Source: Dehalococcoidia bacterium
GTDB lineage: Bacteria; Chloroflexota; Dehalococcoidia; SM23-28-2; RBG-16-64-32
Length of the DNA: 64,000 nucleotides
Reading direction: 5' to 3'
Assembly: GCA_040882565.1 (NCBI GenBank)
Contig: JBBEAZ010000024.1
Coordinates: 105,662-169,661 of the forward strand
Numbering within the stretch: the first letter of the stretch is position 1; each line of letters starts with the position of its first letter. The notes below the pieces were generated by a model that saw nothing but the letters and a program-made list of their open reading frames with translations, was not told the DNA's origin and did not search any database. Of the stretch, positions 37,276-45,487 are shown piece by piece. The position numbers were made by a program, and so were the translations under genes.

Positions 37276-37351
37276 CCCAGACGGGCGCCCAGACGGGCGA
37301 CGGACGGGTGCGGCCCGTAGCCCGTCGCCCAGACGGGCGCCTGACGGCGCG
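37276..37351. repeat. cluster of three CGCCCAGACGGGCG hairpin-forming units around a longer palindrome
   Basis: cccagacgggcg x2, then gacgggtgcggcccgtagcccgtc, then cagacgggcgcc. It lies in the divergent promoter region between the AI-2E transporter and the F420 LLM genes. Confidence 0.6.
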
Positions 37352-37403
37352 CGCAGCATCCGCTAGACTTGGCCTCGATACGCCCAACAGAGGAGCGCCC
37401 GCC

Positions 37404-38432
37404 ATGCAAGTCGAGACCACGATCATCGCCTCCAACATCCAGGGCTATGCCGAGCAGGCCCGCCGCCTCGAAGAGATCGGCTACGACGTCATCGTCACGC
37501 CGGAAGCGGGCCACGACCCCTTCCTGCCGCTGATGACCGTCGCCGAGCACACGCAGCGGCTGAAGTTCGGCACCGCCGTCGCGATCGCCTTCCCGCGCAG
37601 CCCGATGGTGACGGCGCAGATCGCCTGGGACCTCCAGCGCTTCTCCGGCGGGCGGTTCATTCTCGGGCTCGGCACGCAGGTCAAGGGCCACAACGAGCGC
37701 CGCTACTCCACCGCCTGGCCGTCGCCGCCGGGGCCGCGCCTCAAGGACTACATCCTGACGCTGAAGGCGATCTTCAAGACGTTCCAGACCAACGAGCGTC
37801 CGGCGCACCAGGGGCCGCACTACCAGTTCACGCTGATCTCGCCGTTCTTCAACCCCGGCGGCAACACAGCCCCCGGCGACGACGTGCCGATCTACATCTC
37901 GGCGGTCAACCGCTACAACTGCCGCCTCGTCGGCGAGGTCTGCGACGGGATCCGCATGCACGGCTTCAACACGGTCAAGTACACGAAGGAAGTGATCATC
38001 CCGGAGATCGAGGCCGGCGCGAAGAAGGCGGGCCGCGATCCGAAGGAGGTCGACATCGTCGGCGGCGCGTTCATCATTACCGGCAAGAACGAGGAAGAGG
38101 TGGAGCGCGCGAAGGCGCCCGTCCGCCAACAGCTCTCGTTCTACGCCTCGACCCGCGCCTACCACCCGGTCCTCGACGTCCACGGCTGGCAGGAGACCGG
38201 CGACCGTCTCTTCCGCCTGTCGATGGAAGGCAAGTGGCAGGACATGGCGAACGGCATCACCGACGAGATGCTGGAGCAGTTCGCGATCATCGGCACGTAC
38301 GACGAACTGCTCCCGAAGATCAAGGAGCGCTACTCGGGGCTCGTCTCGACACTCGACTTCGGCTTCGGCGTGCGCTCGCCGGAGGACCACGAGCGCCTCG
38401 CGTTCATCGTCCAGGAACTGAAGAAAGTCTAG
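37404..38432 (+). CDS. LLM-class F420-dependent oxidoreductase
   Basis: ATG 37404 after AGGAG. The luciferase-like TIM-barrel regions are FILGLGTQ and GHNERRY. Confidence 0.85.
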   Translation: MQVETTIIASNIQGYAEQARRLEEIGYDVIVTPEAGHDPFLPLMTVAEHTQRLKFGTAVAIAFPRSPMVTAQIAWDLQRFSGGRFILGLGTQVKGHNERRYSTAWPSPPGPRLKDYILTLKAIFKTFQTNERPAHQGPHYQFTLISPFFNPGGNTAPGDDVPIYISAVNRYNCRLVGEVCDGIRMHGFNTVKYTKEVIIPEIEAGAKKAGRDPKEVDIVGGAFIITGKNEEEVERAKAPVRQQLSFYASTRAYHPVLDVHGWQETGDRLFRLSMEGKWQDMANGITDEMLEQFAIIGTYDELLPKIKERYSGLVSTLDFGFGVRSPEDHERLAFIVQELKKV

Positions 38433-38433
38433 C

Positions 38434-39291
38434 GTGCCGACGGTCGAAGGCACGTTCGTCCACCTGCCCGGCCGCGGGCTGCGACTGCACTACCGCGACT
38501 GGGGCGGCGACGGCCCGCCGCTGATCCTCCTGCACGGCCTCTCGTCGGGCAGCCGCATCTGGGACTGGACCGCGCCGCTCCTCGCGCAGCGCTTCCGCGT
38601 GATCGCGCTCGACCAGCGCAGCCACGGCCTCAGCGACGCCCCGGACGACGGCTACGGCTTCGACGACGTCACGGCGGACCTCGATGCCTTCATCGAAGCG
38701 CTCGGCCTCGAGCGGCCTGCCCTCGCCGGCCACTCGTGGGGCGCCAGCGTGGCGCTCACCTACGCGGTTGCGCACCCGGCGCGCGCAGTCGTGCTCATCG
38801 ACGGCGGCGTCATCGAGCTTTCGAGCCGGGGCACATGGGAAGACGCCGAGGCGCGCATGCGCCCGCCGGACATCGACGGCACGCCGGTCGAGACCTTCCT
38901 CGGCTTCATGCGCCGCTGGCCGAACCTCCAGGACATGTGGAAGGAGGACCTTCCCGACATGGTGCTCTCCAACTTCGAGGTCCGCGACGACAAGGTCTAC
39001 CGGCGGCTGGCGATCCCCAACCACATGAAGATCGCGCGGGCCATCTTCGACCTCAAGCCTTCCGAGTTGCTGCCGGAGATCGCCTGCCCGCTGATGATCA
39101 TCTCCTGCCACCAGGAGCCGAAGACCGAACTCGAGCAGTCGTGGCTCGACGTGCGGCTCGAAGGCATCGAGGCTGCGCGCCGGTTGGTGGCCCGCGCGCG
39201 CGTCCTGATCATGGAGGACACGATCCACGACGTGCCGATCCAGCGCCCCGCCGAGCTGGCCGCCGCGATCAGCGACTTCCTGACGGAGTAG
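38434..39291 (+). CDS. alpha/beta hydrolase
   Basis: The oxyanion region is HGLSSGSRIW. The nucleophile elbow is GHSWG. Confidence 0.85.
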   Translation: MPTVEGTFVHLPGRGLRLHYRDWGGDGPPLILLHGLSSGSRIWDWTAPLLAQRFRVIALDQRSHGLSDAPDDGYGFDDVTADLDAFIEALGLERPALAGHSWGASVALTYAVAHPARAVVLIDGGVIELSSRGTWEDAEARMRPPDIDGTPVETFLGFMRRWPNLQDMWKEDLPDMVLSNFEVRDDKVYRRLAIPNHMKIARAIFDLKPSELLPEIACPLMIISCHQEPKTELEQSWLDVRLEGIEAARRLVARARVLIMEDTIHDVPIQRPAELAAAISDFLTE

Positions 39292-39546
39292 GGCCTTCGC
39301 CGGCGACCATGCCCCCGCGTATGGCCGGTCAGGCGTTGCCCGCGTGCTGCAACTCGGGGGTTAAGTGTCTCCACCAAAAGGTCTTTGGCAGCCAAGGAGC
39401 GTTGGTCTCGCCGCTTGCCGCCCTGATCGCGTCATTGTCAGCGTGCTCGCGGAGTGTGGATCGAAATCCTTGCTCCAGCGTATGGAACCTCCGCTTCACG
39501 GCGGAACGCACATTCGGGCCACCGGGTGCCCGCTGGCTTCCTGTCG

Positions 39547-39771
39547 CTAGACAGGCAGTTGCTTCCTGGGCTGACAACGCGGCGGCATGGCAATGATAGC
39601 AATTGCTTCTCGTCCAGCTACTACTTCTGATAACCGCCCTTGAACCGTGGGCAGATCCGGTGAGGCTGCCTTGATGAAGTCGACGTCCCTGCAGAACTCC
39701 GCTCGGTAGTTGTCGAGCTTAGCAACCGACTCTTCAATTGTGCATTCAAGAGGACCCCAGACCCAACTCAT
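39547..39771 (-). CDS. cassette ORF 1, hypothetical small protein (74 aa)
   Basis: Low-GC ORF starting at Met 39771, directly downstream of repeat R1. Confidence 0.4.
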   Translation of the reverse strand: MSWVWGPLECTIEESVAKLDNYRAEFCRDVDFIKAASPDLPTVQGRLSEVVAGREAIAIIAMPPRCQPRKQLPV

Positions 39772-39786
39772 GTCAACATTGACTCC

Positions 39787-39865
39787 ACCACAAACCCGCC
39801 ACCGCCTTGCTCGATGGCGAACGCGCCATCCGTGGTCTGCCACGCCCCGCAAACTTGCGTCTTGT
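39787..39865 (+). repeat. cassette-array repeat R1 (slightly 5'-truncated copy)
   Basis: ACAAACCCGCCACCGCCTTGCTCGATGGCGAACGCGCCATCCGTGGTCTGCCACGCCCCGCAAACTTGCGTCTTG. Contains the hairpins GATGGCG/CGCCATC and CGCAA-ac-TTGCG. Confidence 0.8.
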
Positions 39866-39957
39866 CGCAGGTCTCGCGCCCCGTCGTGCGCTCCGTCTGC
39901 AACCGCGGCCGACGACGCGGTTCATGGCCGCGATTGTGGCCACGTTGGCTCGCACGT

Positions 39958-40350
39958 CTAGGCGATGGGCGTGCCGTGCGTGGCACTGCGATTGTAGGCA
40001 GCATCTCGCCTGCGCTTGGTCGAGAGGATCCCTCCCACGAGCCCATGTAAGAACGCGCCGACAGGAAAGACAATCCACGCAGCAACGAAGATGGGTCCCC
40101 CGAAAAAGAAAAGCGGCTCGGTGGCAAGAACGACCATGGTGGCCGATATTCCAAGCAGCGTCCCCACAGGCAAATTTCTGGTCGACGCGAGAAGAAGACC
40201 CACCAGCCAACCGCCAATCCAAGCTCCAACGAAAGGAACTTGGAGAAACCACGGCATTACAGCAATCACGAATGCTATCAACAATCCGATGATGCAGAAA
40301 AGTATGAACGTGCCCAGTCCGTATTGATGAGCCGCGCGAGCCATAATCAC
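39958..40350 (-). CDS. cassette ORF 2, four-TM membrane protein (130 aa)
   Basis: Hydrophobic segments FILFCIIGLLIAFVIAV, VGAWIGGWLVGLLLA, etc. Confidence 0.5.
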   Translation of the reverse strand: MIMARAAHQYGLGTFILFCIIGLLIAFVIAVMPWFLQVPFVGAWIGGWLVGLLLASTRNLPVGTLLGISATMVVLATEPLFFFGGPIFVAAWIVFPVGAFLHGLVGGILSTKRRRDAAYNRSATHGTPIA

Positions 40351-40380
40351 AGTTTACCTTGGGGCGGGTTTCGCCCCCCT

Positions 40381-40470
40381 ACTCGAACGCCCCATCCACG
40401 ACAAACCCGCCGCCTTGCTCGATGGCGAGCGTGCCATCCGTAGTCTGCCACGCCCCGCAAACTTGCGTCT
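40381..40470 (+). repeat. cassette-array repeat R2
   Basis: ACTCGAACGCCCCATCCACGACAAACCCGCCGCCTTGCTCGATGGCGAGCGTGCCATCCGTAGTCTGCCACGCCCCGCAAACTTGCGTCTCG. Confidence 0.8.
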
Positions 40471-40486
40471 CGTGCGCGCCACGCTG

Positions 40487-40732
40487 TCACACGACCGCCC
40501 ATACATTCGCTGCGACCGCCGCAGTTCCGACAAGCAAGAACGATCCCGGCATGATCCAGCGGGCATAGCGACGCCACAGGTCACGTCGTCGCTTCTGCTC
40601 GTCGGGAGGTAGCTGTGGGGGAATAATTGCAGGATTCTTCAGCGTGGAATCGGCCACGATGTCAAAGATGGGCTTCACAGCAGTTAGCAACCCGGCTGCG
40701 ATGAAGCATGCCCCCAATATCAGCATCACCAT
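40487..40732 (-). CDS. cassette ORF 3, two-TM small membrane protein (81 aa)
   Basis: MVMLILGACFIAAGLLTAV .. SFLLVGTAAVAANVWAVV. Confidence 0.45.
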   Translation of the reverse strand: MVMLILGACFIAAGLLTAVKPIFDIVADSTLKNPAIIPPQLPPDEQKRRRDLWRRYARWIMPGSFLLVGTAAVAANVWAVV

Positions 40733-40736
40733 TGCT

Positions 40737-40830
40737 TCCCCCTACTCACGGCCCACCCACGACAGACCCGCCACCGCCTTGCTCGATGGCGACCGTGCCA
40801 TCCGTAGTCTGCCACGCCGCGCAAAGCTTG
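40737..40830 (+). repeat. cassette-array repeat R3
   Basis: CTCACGGCCCACCCACGACAGACCCGCCACCGCCTTGCTCGATGGCGACCGTGCCATCCGTAGTCTGCCACGCCGCGCAAAGCTTGCG. Confidence 0.8.
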
Positions 40831-40839
40831 CGATCGGAT

Positions 40840-41328
40840 CTAGAACGGGCACTCAGGAACCTCGGTCAGTAGCCACGAACCGTCGTCCTGGCGTGCCACA
40901 CCCCACTCATAGGCAACCGTCTTCACATTGGCACCAGCCCTCGCGACGAACTGTCCGCGAACGACCGCCTCGCCATCGCGCCCCGGAGTGATCTCCGCGG
41001 GGTCGTCTAATTCGATGCCTGCACCCACGGGAGCACACCCAACGAAGGAGGAAAGCTGATCGTCCTCAATTCGGTCGTCAATTAGTGGCCGAAGCAAGCG
41101 CTCCGACGGAATGAAAGCCCTGTTCATCACATCGCTAACGAGAGAGTTGATGTCCTCTTCGTCCCTCTGAGAAAGCAAAGTGACACCCGGAGTTGCCGTT
41201 GGGTCAATCCGCACGGGCGACGTTTCCGTGAAGGTGTCGGAGAACTGAACGTCCGTTCCAGCGGACAGCAAATACAGCACGATCAACGCGACTACTATAG
41301 CTACAACCAGAAATACGATCTTTCTCAT
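40840..41328 (-). CDS. cassette ORF 4, secreted/membrane-anchored protein (about 162 aa)
   Basis: Start ATG 41328 (MRKIVFLVVAIVVALIVLYLL signal-anchor). Confidence 0.5.
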   Translation of the reverse strand: MRKIVFLVVAIVVALIVLYLLSAGTDVQFSDTFTETSPVRIDPTATPGVTLLSQRDEEDINSLVSDVMNRAFIPSERLLRPLIDDRIEDDQLSSFVGCAPVGAGIELDDPAEITPGRDGEAVVRGQFVARAGANVKTVAYEWGVARQDDGSWLLTEVPECPF

Positions 41329-41354
41329 GTGCAAATCAGAAAGTCCGACGAATC

Positions 41355-41455
41355 ACCCCTACTCGAACGGCCCATCCGCGACAAGCCCGCCGCCGGCTTG
41401 CTCGATGGCGAACGCCGCCATCCGTAGTCTGCCACGCCCCGCAAACTTGCGTCTC
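41355..41455 (+). repeat. cassette-array repeat R4
   Basis: CCCCTACTCGAACGGCCCATCCGCGACAAGCCCGCCGCCGGCTTGCTCGATGGCGAACGCCGCCATCCGTAGTCTGCCACGCCCCGCAAACTTGCGTCTCGG. Confidence 0.8.
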
Positions 41456-41785
41456 GGTGCGGGTCGCGGTTCCCGAACCCAGCGGCGGCCACCATCGTTG
41501 TCCTAGCAACCGTGCGCGCCTTCCATCCACAGCCTCGCCACTGGTCCGTCTTGATGTCAGCTCTCGTGTCGTTCGCCTTGGCGATGGCGCTGATGAGTTT
41601 CACGTACTTAGTGGTGCTCGCAGCAAACGAGTTTGCCAGCACGCCTACCTCGTGTGATCGGAGATGGGCGGGGCTTCCAGACCCGAGCACGAGCATCGCA
41701 TCCGAATATGTGAGGGAATTTAGCGAACTTGATAAGGCGGGCTGCAGTCCTCGCTCCTATTTCTACTGATTCAAACTGAACCATT

Positions 41786-42154
41786 TCACGATTCGCGGCC
41801 TTCGTTCTCCTTGGTCCATATCGCGTTCATCACCGCCATGCCGTGATCTGTGATGGCGAACTCGACAAACTCATGATCTGGTGACTCTGAGCCAGCCCAA
41901 TTATCCGGATTCGCGAGGACATCATTGATGTCTTCGGCGGGGATCGGTCGGGCGTCGGATGGGTCGTGTTTCGCAAAGACCAGCCTGACAAGTCCTTTGG
42001 CAAGGAGGCTCTGTAGCGTTGGTTCAGTTGATCCGCTGACCTCGACTCCAGTGGGAGAGAGCGTGATCGTGAAACTGGGGTTGAACTCCTGAAGGCCAAA
42101 CGAGTCGTCGTACGAAATTTCTAACAGGGCCCGTTCCTGATCCGTCAGATCCAT
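41786..42154 (-). CDS. cassette ORF 5, soluble hypothetical protein (about 122 aa)
   Basis: Start at Met 42154 (MDLTDQERALLEISYDD..). The upstream part of the listed ORF merely translates repeat R5. Confidence 0.45.
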   Translation of the reverse strand: MDLTDQERALLEISYDDSFGLQEFNPSFTITLSPTGVEVSGSTEPTLQSLLAKGLVRLVFAKHDPSDARPIPAEDINDVLANPDNWAGSESPDHEFVEFAITDHGMAVMNAIWTKENEGRES

Positions 42155-42198
42155 CACGCAGCGATTATAGACTTCACGCCGCGCGCGCCGACGGCTCG

Positions 42199-42290
42199 CC
42201 ACTCGACGGCCCACCCACGACAAACCCGCCACCGTCTTGCTCGATGGCGGACGTGCCATCCGTAGTCTGCCACGCCCCGCAAACTTCGCC
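42199..42290 (+). repeat. cassette-array repeat R5
   Basis: CCACTCGACGGCCCACCCACGACAAACCCGCCACCGTCTTGCTCGATGGCGGACGTGCCATCCGTAGTCTGCCACGCCCCGCAAACTTCGCC. Confidence 0.8.
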
Positions 42291-42312
42291 TCGTTGAGCG
42301 CGTTGGGTCGTC

Positions 42313-42760
42313 TCAAGCCAACGCGAAACGAGGGACGGCGTGGCCAACTTGGCGCAATCTAAGCAAGAGGTGGTCGCGGTTCGGGGGTTGCGCGTGCAAT
42401 GCGAATCGCAGCCTTCCGGGTCGGGAACCGCGATAACGCACTCCTTCAAGAGCGAGAATCGATAAGACCTCCATGAATTGCCGGAAGCGATCCCGGTCGG
42501 GAAGAAGCCTGTCCGCGTCCGAAACGAGTGCCACGTATTGGGAAGCTGGCAGCCAACTGAGATCCCTCATCCAATCTACGAGCGAATTCCAATTGTTGCT
42601 GACGGTCGGGAAATCGAATGCGAAGCTCCAAGCAGCCAGAAGGGCATCCTCGTCATCTCCGCTATCGCCAGGTACGGTTCGAACAACCAAGTCTGCTGCT
42701 GGCTGCGCCTCAAGAAAGCGATCCAGCTGACCGCGACTGCCCACCAAGACACTGAGCCAT
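42313..42760 (-). CDS. barstar-like (barnase-inhibitor family) putative immunity protein. Start codon uncertain
   Basis: LVVRTVPGDSGDDEDALLAAWSFAFDFPTVSNNWNSLVDWMRDLSWL follows the barstar pattern (.. F.FP.Y.G.N.DAL.D.L.DL ..). The N-terminal part of the listed 208-aa ORF overlaps a partial repeat copy. Confidence 0.5.
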
Positions 42761-42875
42761 GGCGCTTCAGGTGCGAGAAGCGTCGCCCAGCTGATCTTCG
42801 GGTCTTCTTGAACCGTCAATTGACTAGCAGTCCTGAGTGAATGCGTCACCCAATATACACGCGTGGGGCCATCCC

Positions 42876-42905
42876 TAGCCGGCCCGCCCATCCACGAAGG
42901 AAAGA
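42876..42905 (+). repeat. partial cassette-array repeat copy R6'
   Basis: GGCCCGCCCATCCACGAAGG resembles the CGGCCCATCCACGACAA block of R2-R5. Confidence 0.4.
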
Positions 42906-42949
42906 GCGGGCCCGATGGCCCGCTCTTAATGCCAAACACAGGGTCTGGT

Positions 42950-44479
42950 CTAGAAATCTTCGTCCAGTTCCGCTTCGTCCACGTCAGCCTCGTTCTCCAC
43001 GAACAAGGCGAACACGCGATCGAATGAGTCGCGGCTGAGAACCGGCTTAGCGCCGTCGAAACTCGCGCTCTCGATCAGGATCTCCACGAGGTCGCGGGCG
43101 TAGCTCGCCCTGGGCTGCAGGCCGGGCTCGTCGTAAATCTTGCGCACCGCGTGCTCGATCGCGTCATCTTCCACCGGAACGTGCTTCGTGCGGCACTCGC
43201 GGCGCATGATCTCCCCGAAGTTGGCCTCGTCCGGATTGGGCATTCGCACCTTGTAGAGAATACGCCGGAGCAGCGAGTCGTCGGCGACGTCGCGGACCCG
43301 CGCGTTCGTGCCGAACAACAGCTGCAAGCGGAACGGCACCGTCAGTTTCTCGCCGGTGGCGAGGCTGAGCGAGTCCCAGCCGCGCTCCAGCGGGATCAGC
43401 CAGCGTGTGAGCAGGTCGGTCGTCGTTACGCGCTGCCGGCCGAAGTCGTCGACGATCAACGCGCCGTTCTGCGCCTTGATGTGCGCCGGCGCCTGGTAGA
43501 ACTTTGACTGCGGGTCGTAGCCCAGGTCGAGGGCGTCGCGGTCCATCTCCGCGCCGAGTATGATAGCCGGCCGCTTCACCTTGACCCAGCGCCTGTCCAG
43601 AAGCGAGTCGTCCTTGAACGAGCTTGAGTCCTCGTTCTGGTCCGGCGTCTCAAGCGGCTGGTGGATCGACGCGTCGAACACGCGGATCACCTGCCCGTAG
43701 GCGTAGATCGCGTAGGGCATCACGGAGTGGCCTTCCAGTGCCTTCGCAAAGCGTTCGAGGACGACGGTCTTCCCGTTGCCCGATGGCCCGTAAAGCAGCG
43801 TCGTCTTCCCCGAATACAGCGCCCGCGCTGTCGCGTCCGACACCTCACTTGTCAGGACCAGGTCCTTGAGTGCTTCTGTGATCTCGTTGCGGCTGACGGC
43901 CGGCTTCTCTTCGAGCAGCTTCGTCATCACCCGCGTGTATTGTTCGGCCGTCACCGGTGCCGGACCCGCGTACCGCGTGCGCTCCAGCGCTTCCGCTACC
44001 CGCGTCTGTCCGCGCTCCGAAAGGCGGTAGCGGTAGTTGCCGGTGTAGAGGTCAGACTGGCTCAGGATGTCCACCAGCCGCTCTTCCTGAAGCGCCTGCA
44101 GAATCTGTCCCACGATCTCCGTGTGCAGGCCCAGGCGCTTCGAGAGCTGCGCCAATGAAGGCGTGCCCGAGTAGTGCATGATCTTCATCGTCAGGTCCGT
44201 CAGGAACGCCTTCGAAAGACCAACCTCAGTGAACGTCCGTGGCGCGTTGGGGATCAGACCTTCATCCGCCGGGTCGTCTTTGTCCGCGACCGTGGCCATC
44301 GTCCGCGAGATGAACTGCGACATGGAATCGCTGTGTTGCTCCTCCGGCGCTGCCGACCCCTCGCGGGCGAAGAGCGACGGCACGTAGCCGCCATTCATCA
44401 CGCCGCCGGGCGGTCCGCCTGGGGCGGACTCGCCTGCGACGTCCGGTTCATCGTCTCGGAACACTGGTTCGGTCTCCAT
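42950..44479 (-). CDS. AAA+ ATPase with an N-terminal winged-helix domain and an acidic C-terminal tail; function unknown
   Basis: 509 aa. The wHTH region is PSLAQLSKRLGLHTEIVGQILQALQEERLVDI. Walker A is LYGPSGNGKT. Walker B is ALIVDDFGRQ. The sensor-1 region is LLFGTNAR. The C-terminus is ENEADVDEAELDEDF. Confidence 0.8.
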   Translation of the reverse strand: METEPVFRDDEPDVAGESAPGGPPGGVMNGGYVPSLFAREGSAAPEEQHSDSMSQFISRTMATVADKDDPADEGLIPNAPRTFTEVGLSKAFLTDLTMKIMHYSGTPSLAQLSKRLGLHTEIVGQILQALQEERLVDILSQSDLYTGNYRYRLSERGQTRVAEALERTRYAGPAPVTAEQYTRVMTKLLEEKPAVSRNEITEALKDLVLTSEVSDATARALYSGKTTLLYGPSGNGKTVVLERFAKALEGHSVMPYAIYAYGQVIRVFDASIHQPLETPDQNEDSSSFKDDSLLDRRWVKVKRPAIILGAEMDRDALDLGYDPQSKFYQAPAHIKAQNGALIVDDFGRQRVTTTDLLTRWLIPLERGWDSLSLATGEKLTVPFRLQLLFGTNARVRDVADDSLLRRILYKVRMPNPDEANFGEIMRRECRTKHVPVEDDAIEHAVRKIYDEPGLQPRASYARDLVEILIESASFDGAKPVLSRDSFDRVFALFVENEADVDEAELDEDF

Positions 44480-44597
44480 CGCTACCTCGCGGTCTTTCTC
44501 GTATGCATGCTCACCCCGCGCAATGCGGGCCTACACGTAAGACGCTGTACGCGAGCCGCTGTTACCTCAACCTGAACCGTGAAGCGTGGTCAACAGG

Positions 44598-44617
44598 TTT
44601 GTAATTTTCGGCACAAA
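44598..44617. promoter_or_regulatory. putative Rex operator (inverted repeat TTGTAA-N6-GCACAA) in the rex promoter region
   Basis: TTTGTAATTTTCGGCACAAA sits in the AT-rich stretch about 90 nt upstream of rex. It resembles the Rex box consensus TTGTGAA-N4-TTCACAA with mismatches. Confidence 0.3.
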
Positions 44618-44706
44618 CTATTGACCTTAAAACACGTCGGGCGCTATAACTAATCCAAGTCATCATTCGCCATTGAAAACATCAATAGGCAACATAGGAC
44701 GTAGTT

Positions 44707-45339
44707 ATGGAAATACCGCCAGTCGTCATCGACCGCTTGCCACTCTACGCGCGCGCCCTCGCCGCCCTCGAGTCCCTGGGACGCGAAGTCGTCAGCTCCC
44801 AGGAACTGGGACAGCAGCTCAACGTCACGCCCGCCCAGATCCGCAAGGACCTCAGCTATTTCGGGCGTTTCGGCAAGCAAGGCCGCGGCTACAACGTCCG
44901 TAAGCTGCTGGAAGAGCTGCGCAGCATCCTCGGGCTCAACCGCCAGTGGCGCATGGCGCTCGTCGGCACCGGCCGCCTCGGCCGCGCGATCCTCGGCTAC
45001 GAGGGCTTCGCGCCGCAGGGCTTCCGCATCGTCGAGACGTTCGACTCGGACCCTCAGTGGATCGGCAAGGCGGTCAACGGCCTGACCATCGCCAGCACCG
45101 ACGACCTCGAGACGATCCTCGGTGGGGATCCCGTTGACATCGGCATCGTCGCCGTCCCCGCCGAGACCGCCCAGCAAGTGATCGACCGCCTCGTGCGCTG
45201 CGGCGTCCAGGCGATCCTCAACTACGCCCCCATCGCCGCCCACGTCCCGCCCAACGTCCACATCAAGCGCATCGACCCGGTGCTGGCGCTCCAGGGGATG
45301 ACGTACTACCTCAAGGCGGACGCAGCTTCGCCCAAGTAA
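44707..45339 (+). CDS. rex: redox-sensing transcriptional repressor Rex
   Basis: The N-terminal wHTH has IRKDLSYFGRFGKQGRGYNV. The Rossmann fold has ALVGTGRLG and a CoA/NAD-binding C-terminus. Confidence 0.85.
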   Translation: MEIPPVVIDRLPLYARALAALESLGREVVSSQELGQQLNVTPAQIRKDLSYFGRFGKQGRGYNVRKLLEELRSILGLNRQWRMALVGTGRLGRAILGYEGFAPQGFRIVETFDSDPQWIGKAVNGLTIASTDDLETILGGDPVDIGIVAVPAETAQQVIDRLVRCGVQAILNYAPIAAHVPPNVHIKRIDPVLALQGMTYYLKADAASPK

Positions 45340-45487
45340 GCGCACGGCGAACGCTCCCCGCGCCCTCCGGTGGCTGTCCGCGCGCAAAATAGCGGAACCA
45401 AAGGGCCGACTTAACCGTTTGATGGCTAGAAGTAGCCATTGACTTCCTCCAAAGCAGGACTACGATACAGCCAAACCGAAGGGTATC

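Noticed and set aside
37227-38453. 408-aa minus-strand ORF
   Set aside because: It is antisense to the F420-dependent LLM oxidoreductase. It has no motifs and an R/D/L-rich composition
41512-41769. 85-aa plus-strand ORF between cassette repeats R4 and R5
   Set aside because: It may be a genuine small membrane protein (MSALVSFALAMALMSFTYLVVLAA). It competes with a minus-strand ORF (41325-41696) that would read through repeat R4. There is insufficient evidence to call either, so both were left unannotated
39787-42905. CRISPR array as an explanation for the ~95-bp repeats
   Set aside because: The repeats are far longer than CRISPR repeats. The intervening segments are 360-845 bp and carry full ORFs. 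No cas genes are present
39787-42905. Canonical integron attC sites
   Set aside because: I could not find the GTTRRRY / RYYYAAC core pairs or an intI gene by eye. The cassette-array interpretation is kept, but not as a classical integron without a covariance-model test
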